64,000 nucleotides of DNA from positions 66,838 through 130,837 of the forward strand of contig CAYUXY010000001.1 in NCBI GenBank assembly GCA_964449245.1. Reading direction: 5' to 3'. The translations under genes were made by a program, and so were the position numbers. The notes under the pieces were generated by a model. The model did no database searches and was not told the origin of the DNA. It saw nothing but the letters and a program-made list of their open reading frames with translations. Positions 20,010-29,112 of the stretch are shown here, in pieces (position 1 is the first letter of the stretch; each line of letters begins with the position of its first letter). Origin of the DNA: an uncultured Candidatus Saccharibacteria bacterium. Its GTDB lineage: Bacteria > Patescibacteriota > Minisyncoccia > UBA6257 > GWB1-50-10.

Positions 20010-20492
20010 TTATTCGCACTCTATCCTATTCCATATCCGCAAATCCCTCGTTTCGCCAGTTGTCGTACGGAAGCTCGAATTCGCGATAAGTTTAACGATC
20101 GTATTTATCATGAGCCATGATGCAAGTCCGATAGCGAGGCCGACCGCGGCGTTTGTCATAAAAGCGCGGGCGGTTTTCAGTCTCGATTCGGATCCGCCGG
20201 AAGTCATCATAATTATTGCCCCTATGATTATAAATATTACCGCAACTGGGATTGCGACTTGAAAAAGAATGGCAATCGCGTTTTGAACCACTATAAGCGC
20301 GTGGCAAAATGTGCAGGCTCCCGAAACGTTGCACGTAGACGTTGAAGAATAAAGCAGAGTTCCGCTTGTAAATGAGTTCGTCGTTTCCGTGCCTTCCCAG
20401 AGATTGAAAGAAAGCGCACTTGTCGTAAATGGCAATGCAAAAAATATAAAAGCTACGACAATCAAAGCCGTTTTCTTAAAAAATTTGTTCAT
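20010..20492 (-). CDS. VirB2/TrbC-like pilin candidate (paralog 4, with Cys-rich insert)
   Basis: Signal peptide, then Cys-rich segment CNVSGACTFC, TM, loop TSGGSESRLKTARA and second TM. 160 aa. Overlaps the SBP gene stop by 17 nt. Confidence 0.5.
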   Translation of the reverse strand: MNKFFKKTALIVVAFIFFALPFTTSALSFNLWEGTETTNSFTSGTLLYSSTSTCNVSGACTFCHALIVVQNAIAILFQVAIPVAVIFIIIGAIIMMTSGGSESRLKTARAFMTNAAVGLAIGLASWLMINTIVKLIANSSFRTTTGETRDLRIWNRIECE

Positions 20493-21804
20493 CGAATATT
20501 TTATTTATGTTGTCTTCGGCTTGTTTTATGGCAACGCGTATATCCGCGCCACGCAAGGTTATCGCGTCTATCATATCCGAAAATGATTTTGATATGGCTT
20601 CTCTGTCCGGTTGAGCCCATGATCTTGCGATTAACGCCTGACGCGCTTCAGCGCTGAAGTCGGGCGAGTTGCCGACCTTCCCGATTAATGAACGCAACGC
20701 GGGAGAATTACCCGTTTTTGTCATATACGATTCCGCGGTATTTTTTTGTGTCGTCATGGAAACGATTAAATTCCACGCAACCAATGGTAATTTGCTTTGT
20801 CTTGATACCGTATATCCGTAATAACGGGCATACGCCGCGCGACAGTCATATTCGTTCTGGCAAGTCGCTTCCGCCGGATATGGAATAGGAGCTATGCCGA
20901 CATTCAGCCATTGATTTTTGGCATGAATATTTTGAATCGTTTGTTTGTAATCGAAAATCATCGCAACTGAACCGTTGGCAAACGCATCGAGCGAGTTTGG
21001 CATAGAGCTATTCCACGTATAAGCGTCGTTTCGTGGGTTGGAAAATCCGGAATAAAAACGTACCGCCTCCTCGCCTTCAGAAGACGCAAAAGTCGCTTCG
21101 CTGTTTTTATCGTCCGTCATTTGAGTGCCGGATTGCATCATAAGGAGCTCAACTAAATTGCTCGCATTATTTATGTTGCTTCCCGATCCTCCGATTGCCG
21201 CTCCTGCGCGTATAAGCCTATCTGATGAATCGGTTTTTACGAGACGAGGAATAATTAATTTGAATTCTTCCCATGTTACCGGCACCTCCGCAATGCCCTC
21301 GGCATCAAATATGTCTTTGTTGTAGAGCATTACGAGAGTGTTTATAGAAAGGGGCAGGCCGAATATGTAACCGTCATTTACAAAATCTTTTTCAACGATG
21401 CGCGGGAAAAGATTTTGAATTTGCACAAGAGACAGGGTGTTTGTTGAAAGCGGATATATTTTATTTTTGTCCTTGATGACGCTCGCATTGTCTATCATAA
21501 AAATGTCCGGTCCTTGATTGGTCGCGAGCGCTTCCAAAAGAGCTTTTTTGTAAGTTGCTTCGTTCGTGAAACTTCGGAAATTAACTTTTACATTCGGATA
21601 TGATGCGCGGAAACTCGCAATTGCCGTGGCATAATCTTCTTCTGTATCGTATAAAACCCAAACGGACATATCCCCCTGAACGGCAGGAGCGCCGGTATTA
21701 TTTTTTTTGAGTCCGGGAATAACGCCTGTAAAAATTAAAACAATCAACAGAACGATTATCCCTATTATGGAGAAGACAATAGTTTTTGGATTGAGGCTGT
21801 TCAT
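20476..21804 (-). CDS. extracellular solute-binding protein (ABC transporter SBP family 1-like), N-terminally membrane-anchored
   Basis: N-terminal TM followed by a ~410-aa domain of size and layout typical of sugar-type SBPs. Confidence 0.6.
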   Translation of the reverse strand: MNSLNPKTIVFSIIGIIVLLIVLIFTGVIPGLKKNNTGAPAVQGDMSVWVLYDTEEDYATAIASFRASYPNVKVNFRSFTNEATYKKALLEALATNQGPDIFMIDNASVIKDKNKIYPLSTNTLSLVQIQNLFPRIVEKDFVNDGYIFGLPLSINTLVMLYNKDIFDAEGIAEVPVTWEEFKLIIPRLVKTDSSDRLIRAGAAIGGSGSNINNASNLVELLMMQSGTQMTDDKNSEATFASSEGEEAVRFYSGFSNPRNDAYTWNSSMPNSLDAFANGSVAMIFDYKQTIQNIHAKNQWLNVGIAPIPYPAEATCQNEYDCRAAYARYYGYTVSRQSKLPLVAWNLIVSMTTQKNTAESYMTKTGNSPALRSLIGKVGNSPDFSAEARQALIARSWAQPDREAISKSFSDMIDAITLRGADIRVAIKQAEDNINKIFDEQIF

Positions 21805-21822
21805 TATATATGTAGTGTACCA

Positions 21823-24294
21823 CTACAAGCACACAACTCCCATCAGCTTATCCCCGTCATCGAGATTCATAATTCGCACTCCCTGCGTCGCTCGCCCTGA
21901 AGTTCTGACGTCGCTTATTTTTGTGCGCAACGCCTGACCCTTTTTTGAGAAGGCAAGAATTTCTTCCGCATCAAGCACTACGTAGGTAGATATAACTACG
22001 CCAGTCTTATCGGTAATCTTTGCGGTCTTGATTCCAGAGCCTCCCCTTTTCTGTGTTTTGTATTCGGCAATGGGAGTTTGTTTTGCAAACCCCTTGTCCA
22101 TCACGGCGAGCAATCTCGTATCTTTCATAGCCGTACCTCCTTTTATTATATCAAGTCCGGCGACGGAATCTCCCTTTTTAAGCGCTATTCCCTTTACTCC
22201 GGCGGCGGACCTTCCCATAGGTCTTATGTCTTTTTCTTTAAACCTTATAGCCTGTCCGTTGGACGTGGAAAGGACTATCTCGTCATTGCCGGATGATATT
22301 TGCACCCAGCGAAGCAAATCGTTTTTGAGTTTTAACGCAATAATTCCGGTTCTTCGAACGTTTGCGAAATCCTTGAGGGCTGTTTTTTTGATGATGCCGT
22401 TCTTTGTTGCCATTACTAAATATTGTTTTATGTCCTCCGAGTCAGGGTACGCGATTATTGCGCTCACATTTTCATCTTGCGGAATTTCGAGATAGTTATG
22501 AATTAATTTTCCTTTTGATGTGCGCGAAGCCGCCGGAATTTCGTACACTTTTGTTTGAAACACTTTGCCTTTGTCGGTAAAGAACAAAATATTATCGTGC
22601 GTACTCGAGGAAATGATCTGGTCTATAAAATCCTCTTCTTTCAGGTCGAACCCTATTAACCCTTTTCCTCCGCGTCTTTGCGCGCGAAAATCGGTTGGCG
22701 GCAATCTCTTTATGTATCCGCCGAGAGTAAATGTGATAACCGCTTCTTCGTTAGGAATCAGATCTTCCTCTCTGAATTCTTTTAAGCTCGCCGCCACAAC
22801 TTTTGTGCGTCTTCCTTCCGGAAAATTCTTTTTTAATGTTTCGAGCTCGTCGTTTATGATATCAACCATTCTCTTTGGATTTTTGAGGATGAGTGTGAGC
22901 TCTTTTATTAATTTCCTTTTTTCTTCGAGCTCGTCTTCGAGTTTTTGTCTTTCGAGCGCGGCGAGGGTTTGAAGTTTCATTTCCAAAATAGCCTGCGCTT
23001 GTATGGGAGTAAGTTTGAAATTTTTAATGAGGTTTACGGCTGCGGCGTCCTTATCTTTTGATTTTTTGATTGTCGCGATAATTTTATCAATCACATCAAG
23101 CGCTTTGACGAGCCCTTCGAGTATGTGTGCACGCTCCTCGGCTTTTTTGAGATCGAATTCGGTGCGTCTGCGCACGATTGTTTTCCTGTGGGCTATATAT
23201 ATGAGAAGTATTTCTCGTAGCGAAAGTATTTGCGGTTGGATACCGTCGACCAACGCAAGCATGTTGAAATAAAAGTTTTTCTGAAGCTCCGTATACTGAT
23301 ACAGCTGATTTAAAATCTTTTGAGGGGATGCATCGTTTTTAAGTTCGACAACAATGCGCAAACCTTCCCTGTCTGATTCATCGCGCAAGTCTTTTATGCC
23401 CTCTATTCTTTTTTCTTGGACAAGCTCGGCGATTTTTTCAAGTAGGGTGGATTTGTTAACTTGATACGGAATCTCGGTGATGATGATATGAAAGCTCCCG
23501 CTTTTCTTTTCTTCTATTTGGGCCACAGCGCGCATAGTTACAGCACCCTTGCCCGTTGAATAAGCGTCCTCAACAGCTTTTTTGTCGTAAATGATTCCTC
23601 CTGTTGGAAAATCAGGACCCGGAATAAATTTCATCAAATCTTTTGTTCCGGCATCGGGGAATGAATTCAAATGGATTATCGCATCAGCGAGTTCGCATAA
23701 ATTGTGCGGAGGAATGTTTGTCGCCATTCCTACGGCTATACCTACTGTTCCGTTTAATAGGAGGTTCGGCAATTTTGCCGGCAGGAATTTTGGCTCCGTA
23801 CGCGAATTGTCATAGTTGGGATCCCAGTCAACGGTTTCTTTTTCTATGTCTATGATGAGCTCCTCGGAAATTTTAGAAAGTCTGGCTTCCGTATAACGCA
23901 TGGCGGCTGGCGCATCTCCGTCAATGGAGCCCCAGTTTCCTTGCCCTTGTACTAATGGATAACGGAGAGAAAAGTCTTGTGCCATGCGCGCAATGGAATC
24001 GTAAATCGCGGAATCTCCGTGAGGATGGTAGTGAGCCATAACTCCTCCGACAACGTTTGCGGACTTTCTAAATTTCGTAGTGTGCTTTAATCCCGCTTCC
24101 CACATACTCCAGAGGATTCGTCTTTGTACGGGTTTCAGTCCGTCTCTTGCATCGGGAAGCGCGCGCGCAACAATAACAGACATCGCATAATTTAAATACG
24201 AGTCTTTTAGCTCTTGCGTAATTTCTTGTGGTCTTATTTTTCCTCCTACTGGAGTTGGCTCTTCTTCAATTTTTTTATCAGTTTCTTTTTTCAT
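21823..24294 (-). CDS. gyrA: DNA gyrase subunit A
   Basis: Carries [26 protein letters not shown] and the active-site Tyr region. The C-terminal beta-pinwheel contains a GyrA box QRRGGKG, which argues for GyrA rather than ParC. Confidence 0.9.
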   Translation of the reverse strand: MKKETDKKIEEEPTPVGGKIRPQEITQELKDSYLNYAMSVIVARALPDARDGLKPVQRRILWSMWEAGLKHTTKFRKSANVVGGVMAHYHPHGDSAIYDSIARMAQDFSLRYPLVQGQGNWGSIDGDAPAAMRYTEARLSKISEELIIDIEKETVDWDPNYDNSRTEPKFLPAKLPNLLLNGTVGIAVGMATNIPPHNLCELADAIIHLNSFPDAGTKDLMKFIPGPDFPTGGIIYDKKAVEDAYSTGKGAVTMRAVAQIEEKKSGSFHIIITEIPYQVNKSTLLEKIAELVQEKRIEGIKDLRDESDREGLRIVVELKNDASPQKILNQLYQYTELQKNFYFNMLALVDGIQPQILSLREILLIYIAHRKTIVRRRTEFDLKKAEERAHILEGLVKALDVIDKIIATIKKSKDKDAAAVNLIKNFKLTPIQAQAILEMKLQTLAALERQKLEDELEEKRKLIKELTLILKNPKRMVDIINDELETLKKNFPEGRRTKVVAASLKEFREEDLIPNEEAVITFTLGGYIKRLPPTDFRAQRRGGKGLIGFDLKEEDFIDQIISSSTHDNILFFTDKGKVFQTKVYEIPAASRTSKGKLIHNYLEIPQDENVSAIIAYPDSEDIKQYLVMATKNGIIKKTALKDFANVRRTGIIALKLKNDLLRWVQISSGNDEIVLSTSNGQAIRFKEKDIRPMGRSAAGVKGIALKKGDSVAGLDIIKGGTAMKDTRLLAVMDKGFAKQTPIAEYKTQKRGGSGIKTAKITDKTGVVISTYVVLDAEEILAFSKKGQALRTKISDVRTSGRATQGVRIMNLDDGDKLMGVVCL

Positions 24295-24309
24295 ATCGGT
24301 GGTCCTGTC

Positions 24310-24702
24310 TTATGGTAGCGGAGTCGGGGGTATGTTTTCAAGGCTTTGAGTCGAAAACTCAGGAGACTCGCCTTCTATATTAATGACATTTGGTTCCGTA
24401 ATTTGTTCTTTTATCACTCCTATATTTTGATCAATGCTTTTTTTCAGCACCTCGTATCGCTTGCCGAGGTCGTTCGAAAGATTGTCTATTCCACGTTTGA
24501 ACGTTTCACTAAATGAGTTTTCGTCTTTTTGTTTATTAGAGGAAAAAAATAGAGGTTCGGCGGTTATATTATTGATATAAATTATCCAAAGTCCGATTAC
24601 TAACGCCATTATGACTATCGTACTCCCTATAAACCATCTTCGCTTTGTACTCTCGTCCGACCTGCGAAGTTTATTTAAATATTGTTTAAATTGCAGACTC
24701 AT
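24310..24702 (-). CDS. hypothetical membrane protein
   Basis: 130 aa with a single TM (STIVIMALVIGLWIIYI). Confidence 0.45.
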   Translation of the reverse strand: MSLQFKQYLNKLRRSDESTKRRWFIGSTIVIMALVIGLWIIYINNITAEPLFFSSNKQKDENSFSETFKRGIDNLSNDLGKRYEVLKKSIDQNIGVIKEQITEPNVINIEGESPEFSTQSLENIPPTPLP

Positions 24703-24729
24703 ATTAGATTGTAACGCTAAACCAAAAAA

Positions 24730-25311
24730 TTATTTTTTTTCTTCGAGACACCTTATCTGCATGGCATTCTGAACAATATCCTTTTTCTTGAACACAAGTT
24801 TTTCTTCTTTGGCGCAGTCGGCATTGTTAAATTCTTTTAAGAATAGCGACAAATTTTTTGAAGAAGACGGAACTACCATCCCCGGTTCAATTTGCCGGAC
24901 GAGTCTCGCGATGTTTTCCGGCGAAACAAGAGGCTTTCCGCCAGCCGGAACTATTGCCACGTCAACTTCTTCGAAGTATTCAATGAAATCTTTGGAAAAT
25001 TCTTCCGGCAAATCTCCAAAAACGGCAAATTTAATTTCGTCAAAATCTATGAGATAAACTGTTTTTTCGACGCCATCAACGTTTCCTACGCTCCATCCGC
25101 GAATATGTATATCTTTTATTTCAAATTCTCCTTGATGGTCTATCCAAAAGCACTCGCTATCGTTTGAGGCCTTTTCTGTTGAGGATGGCCTCGATGTGTT
25201 TATTGCCGCAATCGCGCCTTTGAAAGAGCGCTGGTTTGTCGGGTCGATTAAGAGAGTCGCATCGCCAGATTGTAATTTAAAATAATTTTCGCCGTAAAAT
25301 GTAATTATCAT
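24730..25311 (-). CDS. hypothetical protein, MBL-fold-like hydrolase resemblance (degenerate)
   Basis: N-terminal sequence MIITFYGENYFKLQSGDATLLIDP resembles UPF0173-type MBL-fold proteins. No HxHxDH motif was seen. Confidence 0.35.
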   Translation of the reverse strand: MIITFYGENYFKLQSGDATLLIDPTNQRSFKGAIAAINTSRPSSTEKASNDSECFWIDHQGEFEIKDIHIRGWSVGNVDGVEKTVYLIDFDEIKFAVFGDLPEEFSKDFIEYFEEVDVAIVPAGGKPLVSPENIARLVRQIEPGMVVPSSSKNLSLFLKEFNNADCAKEEKLVFKKKDIVQNAMQIRCLEEKK

Positions 25312-25439
25312 ATATGTGTGAGTATATGCGATTTTCGCCTTTTTTTCAATTTATTAAGCGTTTTCAGAAGAATGCAATGTATGCCGGTTGTAGAGGAAGA
25401 TAACAGGGAAATGTGGAATACGGCACAGAAGAGTTTATT

Positions 25440-25700
25440 CGGGCATTTGATCGTTCAGTAATTTATTCGAAATTCCCGCCCGAACGACTGATTCGTTCAG
25501 TCGGGCAGGCGAAACAGGACGAGGTCAAAACCCCGATGCTTTGATCGGGGCTCGCGACCCCCAAAGGGGCGTCGGAGTTAGATAAATCGAAATTTGCGTT
25601 ACTTTCTACTTTTATCTTTCGTCTTTTAACTTATTCCCTACATACTATATACAATATTCTATATACCTTTTGCTTTTCGCTACTGTTAATGGTTGTTTTT
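25440..25700. repeat. intergenic repeat element, copy 2 (core 25527-25584)
   Basis: A 58-nt core near-identical to 17714-17771 (one mismatch). The 17-mer tacaatattctatatac recurs downstream, as in copy 1. Confidence 0.7.
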
Positions 25701-25718
25701 TTGTTAATTTACGCAGGG

Positions 25719-25747
25719 TTGACACAATCAGCCATTTTCCATATCTT
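25719..25747 (+). promoter_or_regulatory. candidate sigma70-type promoter for the S1 gene
   Basis: TTGACA at 25719-25724, 17-nt spacer and TATCTT at 25742-25747. Recognised by eye only. Confidence 0.3.
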
Positions 25748-25808
25748 TAGTATTGTCTTCTCTGCCGTCTCGGTTTTTATGAGACGGACCGAAAGTAGGC
25801 TTATATAT

Positions 25809-26906
25809 ATGGAAACAACTCAAATACAAAATAAAGAGGAAGAGCAAAATCTCGCATCGCTTATAAAAACAGAAATTAGCTCGCTCGCGCTTATGCGTGT
25901 TGGTGATTTAGTTGAAGGAACTGTGCTCGAAAAAGGAAGCAGGATGATAACGGTAGACTTGGGAGCTAATGGTACCGGAGTCATATATCGCACGGAGATA
26001 CAAAATGCTCGGGAAATTGTACGTGGATTATTGCCCGGCTCTAAGGTAAATGGAAAAATTATAGACGTAGATAATGACGAGGGGCTTATAGAGCTCTCGC
26101 TCTCTCACGCCGATAAGCAGAAATCGTGGGAAATTGTTCAGGAATTGAAGGAGCAGGAAGAGATTATAAAAATAAAGCCATCCGGATTTAATAAAGGCGG
26201 ATTGGTTGCCGATTTACACGGACTCTCGGCATTTTTGCCGATTTCTCAAGTTCTTCAGGGTTTTGAAGGGAAAGATGATGTAAACAACAAAGAAGAAATT
26301 CCGGGTATTCTTGAAAAGTTAGTTGGCGTGGAAATTGATGTGAGAATTATAGATGCAAATCCACGGACTACGAAATTAATAGTATCTGAAAGAGCGGCCA
26401 AAGCGGAAAGTATGAAAGAAATTGTTCAGAAATATTCCGTTGGGCAGACAATAGAGGGTGTTGTGTCCGGCATTGCCGATTTTGGAGTGTTCGTTAAATT
26501 TACCGACAATCCGGCAGTTGAGGGTTTAATACACATTTCCGAGCTCGGATATAAGGTAGTTGAAAATCCAAAGGATATCGTGAAATTAGACGATGTCATA
26601 AAAGTAAAGATTACCGAAATTAAAGATGGGAAAATTTCTCTTTCTCTTAAGGCGCTAAAGCCGGATCCATGGGCGCGTGTTAATGAAATATACAAAGAAG
26701 GTCAAGGCGTCAAAGGCACTGTTCATAGCTTTCATCCTTTCGGCGCGATTATAAATCTTGACGCCGATATTCAAGGGCAGGTTCACGTTGCCTCTTTCGG
26801 CGGAGTTGACGAGATGAAAAAGGCGCTGACTCAAGGAGAGGAATATTCGTTTGAAATAGAATCATTGAACGCAGACGAAAGAAAGATTCTTTTGAAATTA
26901 AAATAA
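25809..26906 (+). CDS. rpsA: S1 RNA-binding domain repeat protein (reduced ribosomal protein S1-like)
   Basis: Four S1-like domains (GDLVEGTV, GGLVADLHG, GQTIEGVV, GQGVKGTV). Start moved to METTQ at 25809 because the upstream part of the listed ORF overlaps the repeat element and promoter. Confidence 0.75.
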   Translation: METTQIQNKEEEQNLASLIKTEISSLALMRVGDLVEGTVLEKGSRMITVDLGANGTGVIYRTEIQNAREIVRGLLPGSKVNGKIIDVDNDEGLIELSLSHADKQKSWEIVQELKEQEEIIKIKPSGFNKGGLVADLHGLSAFLPISQVLQGFEGKDDVNNKEEIPGILEKLVGVEIDVRIIDANPRTTKLIVSERAAKAESMKEIVQKYSVGQTIEGVVSGIADFGVFVKFTDNPAVEGLIHISELGYKVVENPKDIVKLDDVIKVKITEIKDGKISLSLKALKPDPWARVNEIYKEGQGVKGTVHSFHPFGAIINLDADIQGQVHVASFGGVDEMKKALTQGEEYSFEIESLNADERKILLKLK

Positions 26907-26922
26907 TCTTGAATTACATACC

Positions 26923-26956
26923 AAAACGCCCGAATTTCTTCGGGCGTTTTGATTTT
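26923..26956. terminator. bidirectional rho-independent terminator
   Basis: Perfect 12-bp stem aaaacgcccgaa/ttcgggcgtttt with loop tttc. An A-run lies on one side and a T-run on the other. Confidence 0.65.
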
Positions 26957-26964
26957 ATTATTAG

Positions 26965-27057
26965 TTAATCGTCTTCTTTGTTGTTGCCGTAGACGCAGAA
27001 AGCTATGGCAACTAATACGACAACAATCACGATGATAATCACCACGAATGTTCCCAT
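26965..27057 (-). CDS. small hydrophobic peptide (30 aa, single TM, acidic C-terminus)
   Basis: Hand-translated as MGTFVVIIIVIVVVLVAIAFCVYGNNKEDD. An extended -10 TGTGATATAAT lies 6 nt upstream (27064-27074, minus). Sits between the terminator and repeat copy 3. Confidence 0.3.
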   Translation of the reverse strand: MGTFVVIIIVIVVVLVAIAFCVYGNNKEDD

Positions 27058-27063
27058 ATCTAT

Positions 27064-27074
27064 ATTATATCACA
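27064..27074 (-). promoter_or_regulatory. extended -10 element (TGnTATAAT) upstream of small peptide ORF
   Basis: Minus-strand tgtgatataat 6 nt upstream of the ATG. Would give a leaderless or near-leaderless transcript. Confidence 0.3.
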
Positions 27075-27084
27075 ATAAAGGCGG

Positions 27085-27270
27085 TATGGTAATGGTAGTT
27101 TTTAGTAGATAGTTGTTAGGGCAAAAAGTATATAGGAAAAATAATTTCTAATTATCTAATTTCGATTTAATGAATCAATGATTGAATGGATGAAGTATAA
27201 AGTCGAAAGACGAAAGTTTAAAGTAAAAATACAAGTATTTTTCTCTATTTCTTTATTCTTTCAGCTTTTT
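27085..27270. repeat. intergenic repeat element, copy 3 (inverted, AT-rich modules only)
   Basis: tagtttttagtagatagttgttag (27097-27120) matches the copy-1 left arm. aataatttctaattatctaa (27140-27159) is the reverse complement of 17766-17785. cgaaagacgaaagtttaaagt resembles the reverse complement of 25615-25640. Confidence 0.55.
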
Positions 27271-27281
27271 ACTTTTGTCTT

Positions 27282-27698
27282 TTATTTAATCGCTTCTTTA
27301 ATCTGTTTCAGATGATGCTCATAGTGTCCCTCGTGGCCATCTTTACTTTCATCGAATACCCACTCCATATCCGGTCGCGCCCGTAATATGTCCTCCCCTA
27401 TATTTTTTATTAACATTTCTAACTCATTTTGTAGCTTTTCCCATTCGGCGAGCAGTTGTTCTGGTGAATACTCGCTGTAAAAAAGAACGGCGCCGTCATT
27501 AAACTCCGTATAGTCGGCGTCTTTTTTCATAAACCACGGATTGTCCGTGCCGTTTTCTTTAAATTCCCGAAGTGTTTTTACGCTTTCCTTTTCCCAACCA
27601 ACCATATGAGCGACCACATCTTTCACCGTCCACTTTGATGTGGCTCGTACACCCCACATCTCCGGTTCAATTTTTCTCAAAAATTCAATAAAATCCAT
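27282..27698 (-). CDS. DinB/YfiT-like (DinB_2 superfamily) metal-dependent protein
   Basis: Carries WTVKDVVAHMVGWE and the C-terminal HEGHYEHHLKQI histidine cluster. Start set to MDFIEF at 27698 because the longer ORF would overlap tRNA-His. Confidence 0.55.
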   Translation of the reverse strand: MDFIEFLRKIEPEMWGVRATSKWTVKDVVAHMVGWEKESVKTLREFKENGTDNPWFMKKDADYTEFNDGAVLFYSEYSPEQLLAEWEKLQNELEMLIKNIGEDILRARPDMEWVFDESKDGHEGHYEHHLKQIKEAIK

Positions 27699-27767
27699 AA
27701 TTAAATTATACCAAAAAATACAAGAAGTGCTTTTGTATACACATCTCGTCCCTCGACGCGCTCGGGA

Positions 27768-27805
27768 CAAAACACAAAAAGCCCAAAAGGGCTCTTTGTG
27801 TTTTG
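27768..27805 (-). terminator. hairpin immediately 3' of tRNA-His
   Basis: Imperfect palindrome aaacacaaaaagccc-aaaa-gggctctttgtgttt with a stem of about 14 bp. Confidence 0.4.
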
Positions 27806-27877
27806 GGTGCCTAACGGGAGTCGGACCCGTATCAAGGGCTCCACAGGCCCTTGTGTTACCGTTACACCATAGGCACC
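27806..27877 (-). tRNA. tRNA-His (anticodon GTG) with encoded G-1
   Basis: Hand-folded from the minus strand. G-1 pairs with C73, acceptor GTGCCTA/TAGGCAC and anticodon loop CTGTGGA. The T-loop TCCGACT has C at position 55. Confidence 0.75.
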
Positions 27878-27920
27878 ATACTGTGCTAAAAACTACATTG
27901 AGAGGATACAATTATTTTTC

Positions 27921-28340
27921 TTATTCTTCAACTTTTGACACGCCATTATTTCTCCTCGATTGTTTTTTCTGATATCGCATTCGTTTATGGCGCAATCTTT
28001 CCTCATCCGACCCTCGGCTTGGCTCTGTCGGAATTCGAGGCGGATTTTTCTTTAATGCTTCCGCAATTAACTCGTTTATCTTTTGAATCGCATTTTCTTT
28101 GTTGTATATCTGATTACGTTCTTCTTCGTTTTCAACTACGAGTTCATCTTCTTGATTGATGCGATTCGCGAGTTTTTCTCGAATTAATTTTTTATCTTTT
28201 TCCGCATAGGGAAGAGATCCGATTTTAACCCACGCTTGGATTTTTGTTGATCGCCTATTTACGCGCTGTCCTCCGGGGCCGCCTGCGCGAGATGCCTTAA
28301 AGGTAATATATTCTTCCCCAATTTGTATTATTTTCGTCAC
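27921..28340 (-). CDS. arfB: peptidyl-tRNA hydrolase ArfB (alternative ribosome-rescue factor B, RF-1 domain)
   Basis: GGQ motif SRAGGPGGQRVNRRSTK and a basic C-terminal tail. Confidence 0.75.
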   Translation of the reverse strand: MTKIIQIGEEYITFKASRAGGPGGQRVNRRSTKIQAWVKIGSLPYAEKDKKLIREKLANRINQEDELVVENEEERNQIYNKENAIQKINELIAEALKKNPPRIPTEPSRGSDEERLRHKRMRYQKKQSRRNNGVSKVEE

Positions 28341-28370
28341 AATATATAAATTTTACGGTATAATAAGAAA

Positions 28371-29057
28371 ATGGACAATGAATTATTGCGAACAATAGGA
28401 AGCTGGATAATAGAACACCAAGCATGGACCGACGTTATACTTGCCGGAGGCATAATTTTACAAGGTAGCATTACGATTCTCGTAGCAGTTTATCTCGCCA
28501 TTAATGACAACATAGAATGGACGAGGTTTTTTGTGGTTACACTCGGGGCTCTTATTATAGAAGATTTTACCGTATATGCCGTTGGTAAAATGTTTCGCAT
28601 GGGACGGAGCGGATGGAAATTTCATAGAAAAAACAAATCCAATAAAAAAATACAAATGTACCTCTTCTATTTGAAGAAAAATATGGGTAAGCTCGCTATT
28701 GTTTCGCGTTTTATACCGTGGGCTACGATGACCGTCATGTTTTTAATCGGATGGTCAAAGACAAAGCTGAATACTTTTGCAAAAGTATACTTCCCATCCC
28801 TATTTATATGGTTTGGAAGTATGACAATCGTTGCGTATTTGCTTATGTCGGGTTTGCACTATTTGCATTCTACGCATGCGTTCCGGAATGCGGAAATAAG
28901 TATAGCCGTAGTTGTTGTAATTTTCTTATTCGGCGGGCAGATTATAAGGAAGCTCTTTGGAAAGTATGCGGCTTTTGATAAAAAGGCTACCGAAATTGGC
29001 GAAGTTGTAGAGGAGTTAAGCTTAGAAGATAAAAAAGACGCAGAGCAAAAAATATGA
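28371..29057 (+). CDS. integral membrane protein, DedA/TVP38-like
   Basis: Multiple TM helices. The SRFIPWATMTV segment resembles the DedA R(F/Y)IP..RT motif. Confidence 0.45.
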   Translation: MDNELLRTIGSWIIEHQAWTDVILAGGIILQGSITILVAVYLAINDNIEWTRFFVVTLGALIIEDFTVYAVGKMFRMGRSGWKFHRKNKSNKKIQMYLFYLKKNMGKLAIVSRFIPWATMTVMFLIGWSKTKLNTFAKVYFPSLFIWFGSMTIVAYLLMSGLHYLHSTHAFRNAEISIAVVVVIFLFGGQIIRKLFGKYAAFDKKATEIGEVVEELSLEDKKDAEQKI

Positions 29058-29112
29058 AGCCTTTGCATTCCGAGCTTTTTTTGGTAGGATAATTGCGTTA
29101 TTTATTTGACGC

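Noticed and set aside
25689-25808. N-terminal extension of the S1-domain ORF (MVVFLLIYAGL...)
   Set aside because: It overlaps the intergenic repeat, a TTGACA/TATCTT promoter and a leader hairpin. The S1 domains begin after the Met at 25809.
27699-27911. N-terminal 71 aa of the 209-aa minus-strand ORF (MYPLNVVFSTVWCLWCNGN...)
   Set aside because: This stretch is the reverse-complement reading of tRNA-His and its terminator hairpin. The DinB-like domain starts at the internal Met (27698).
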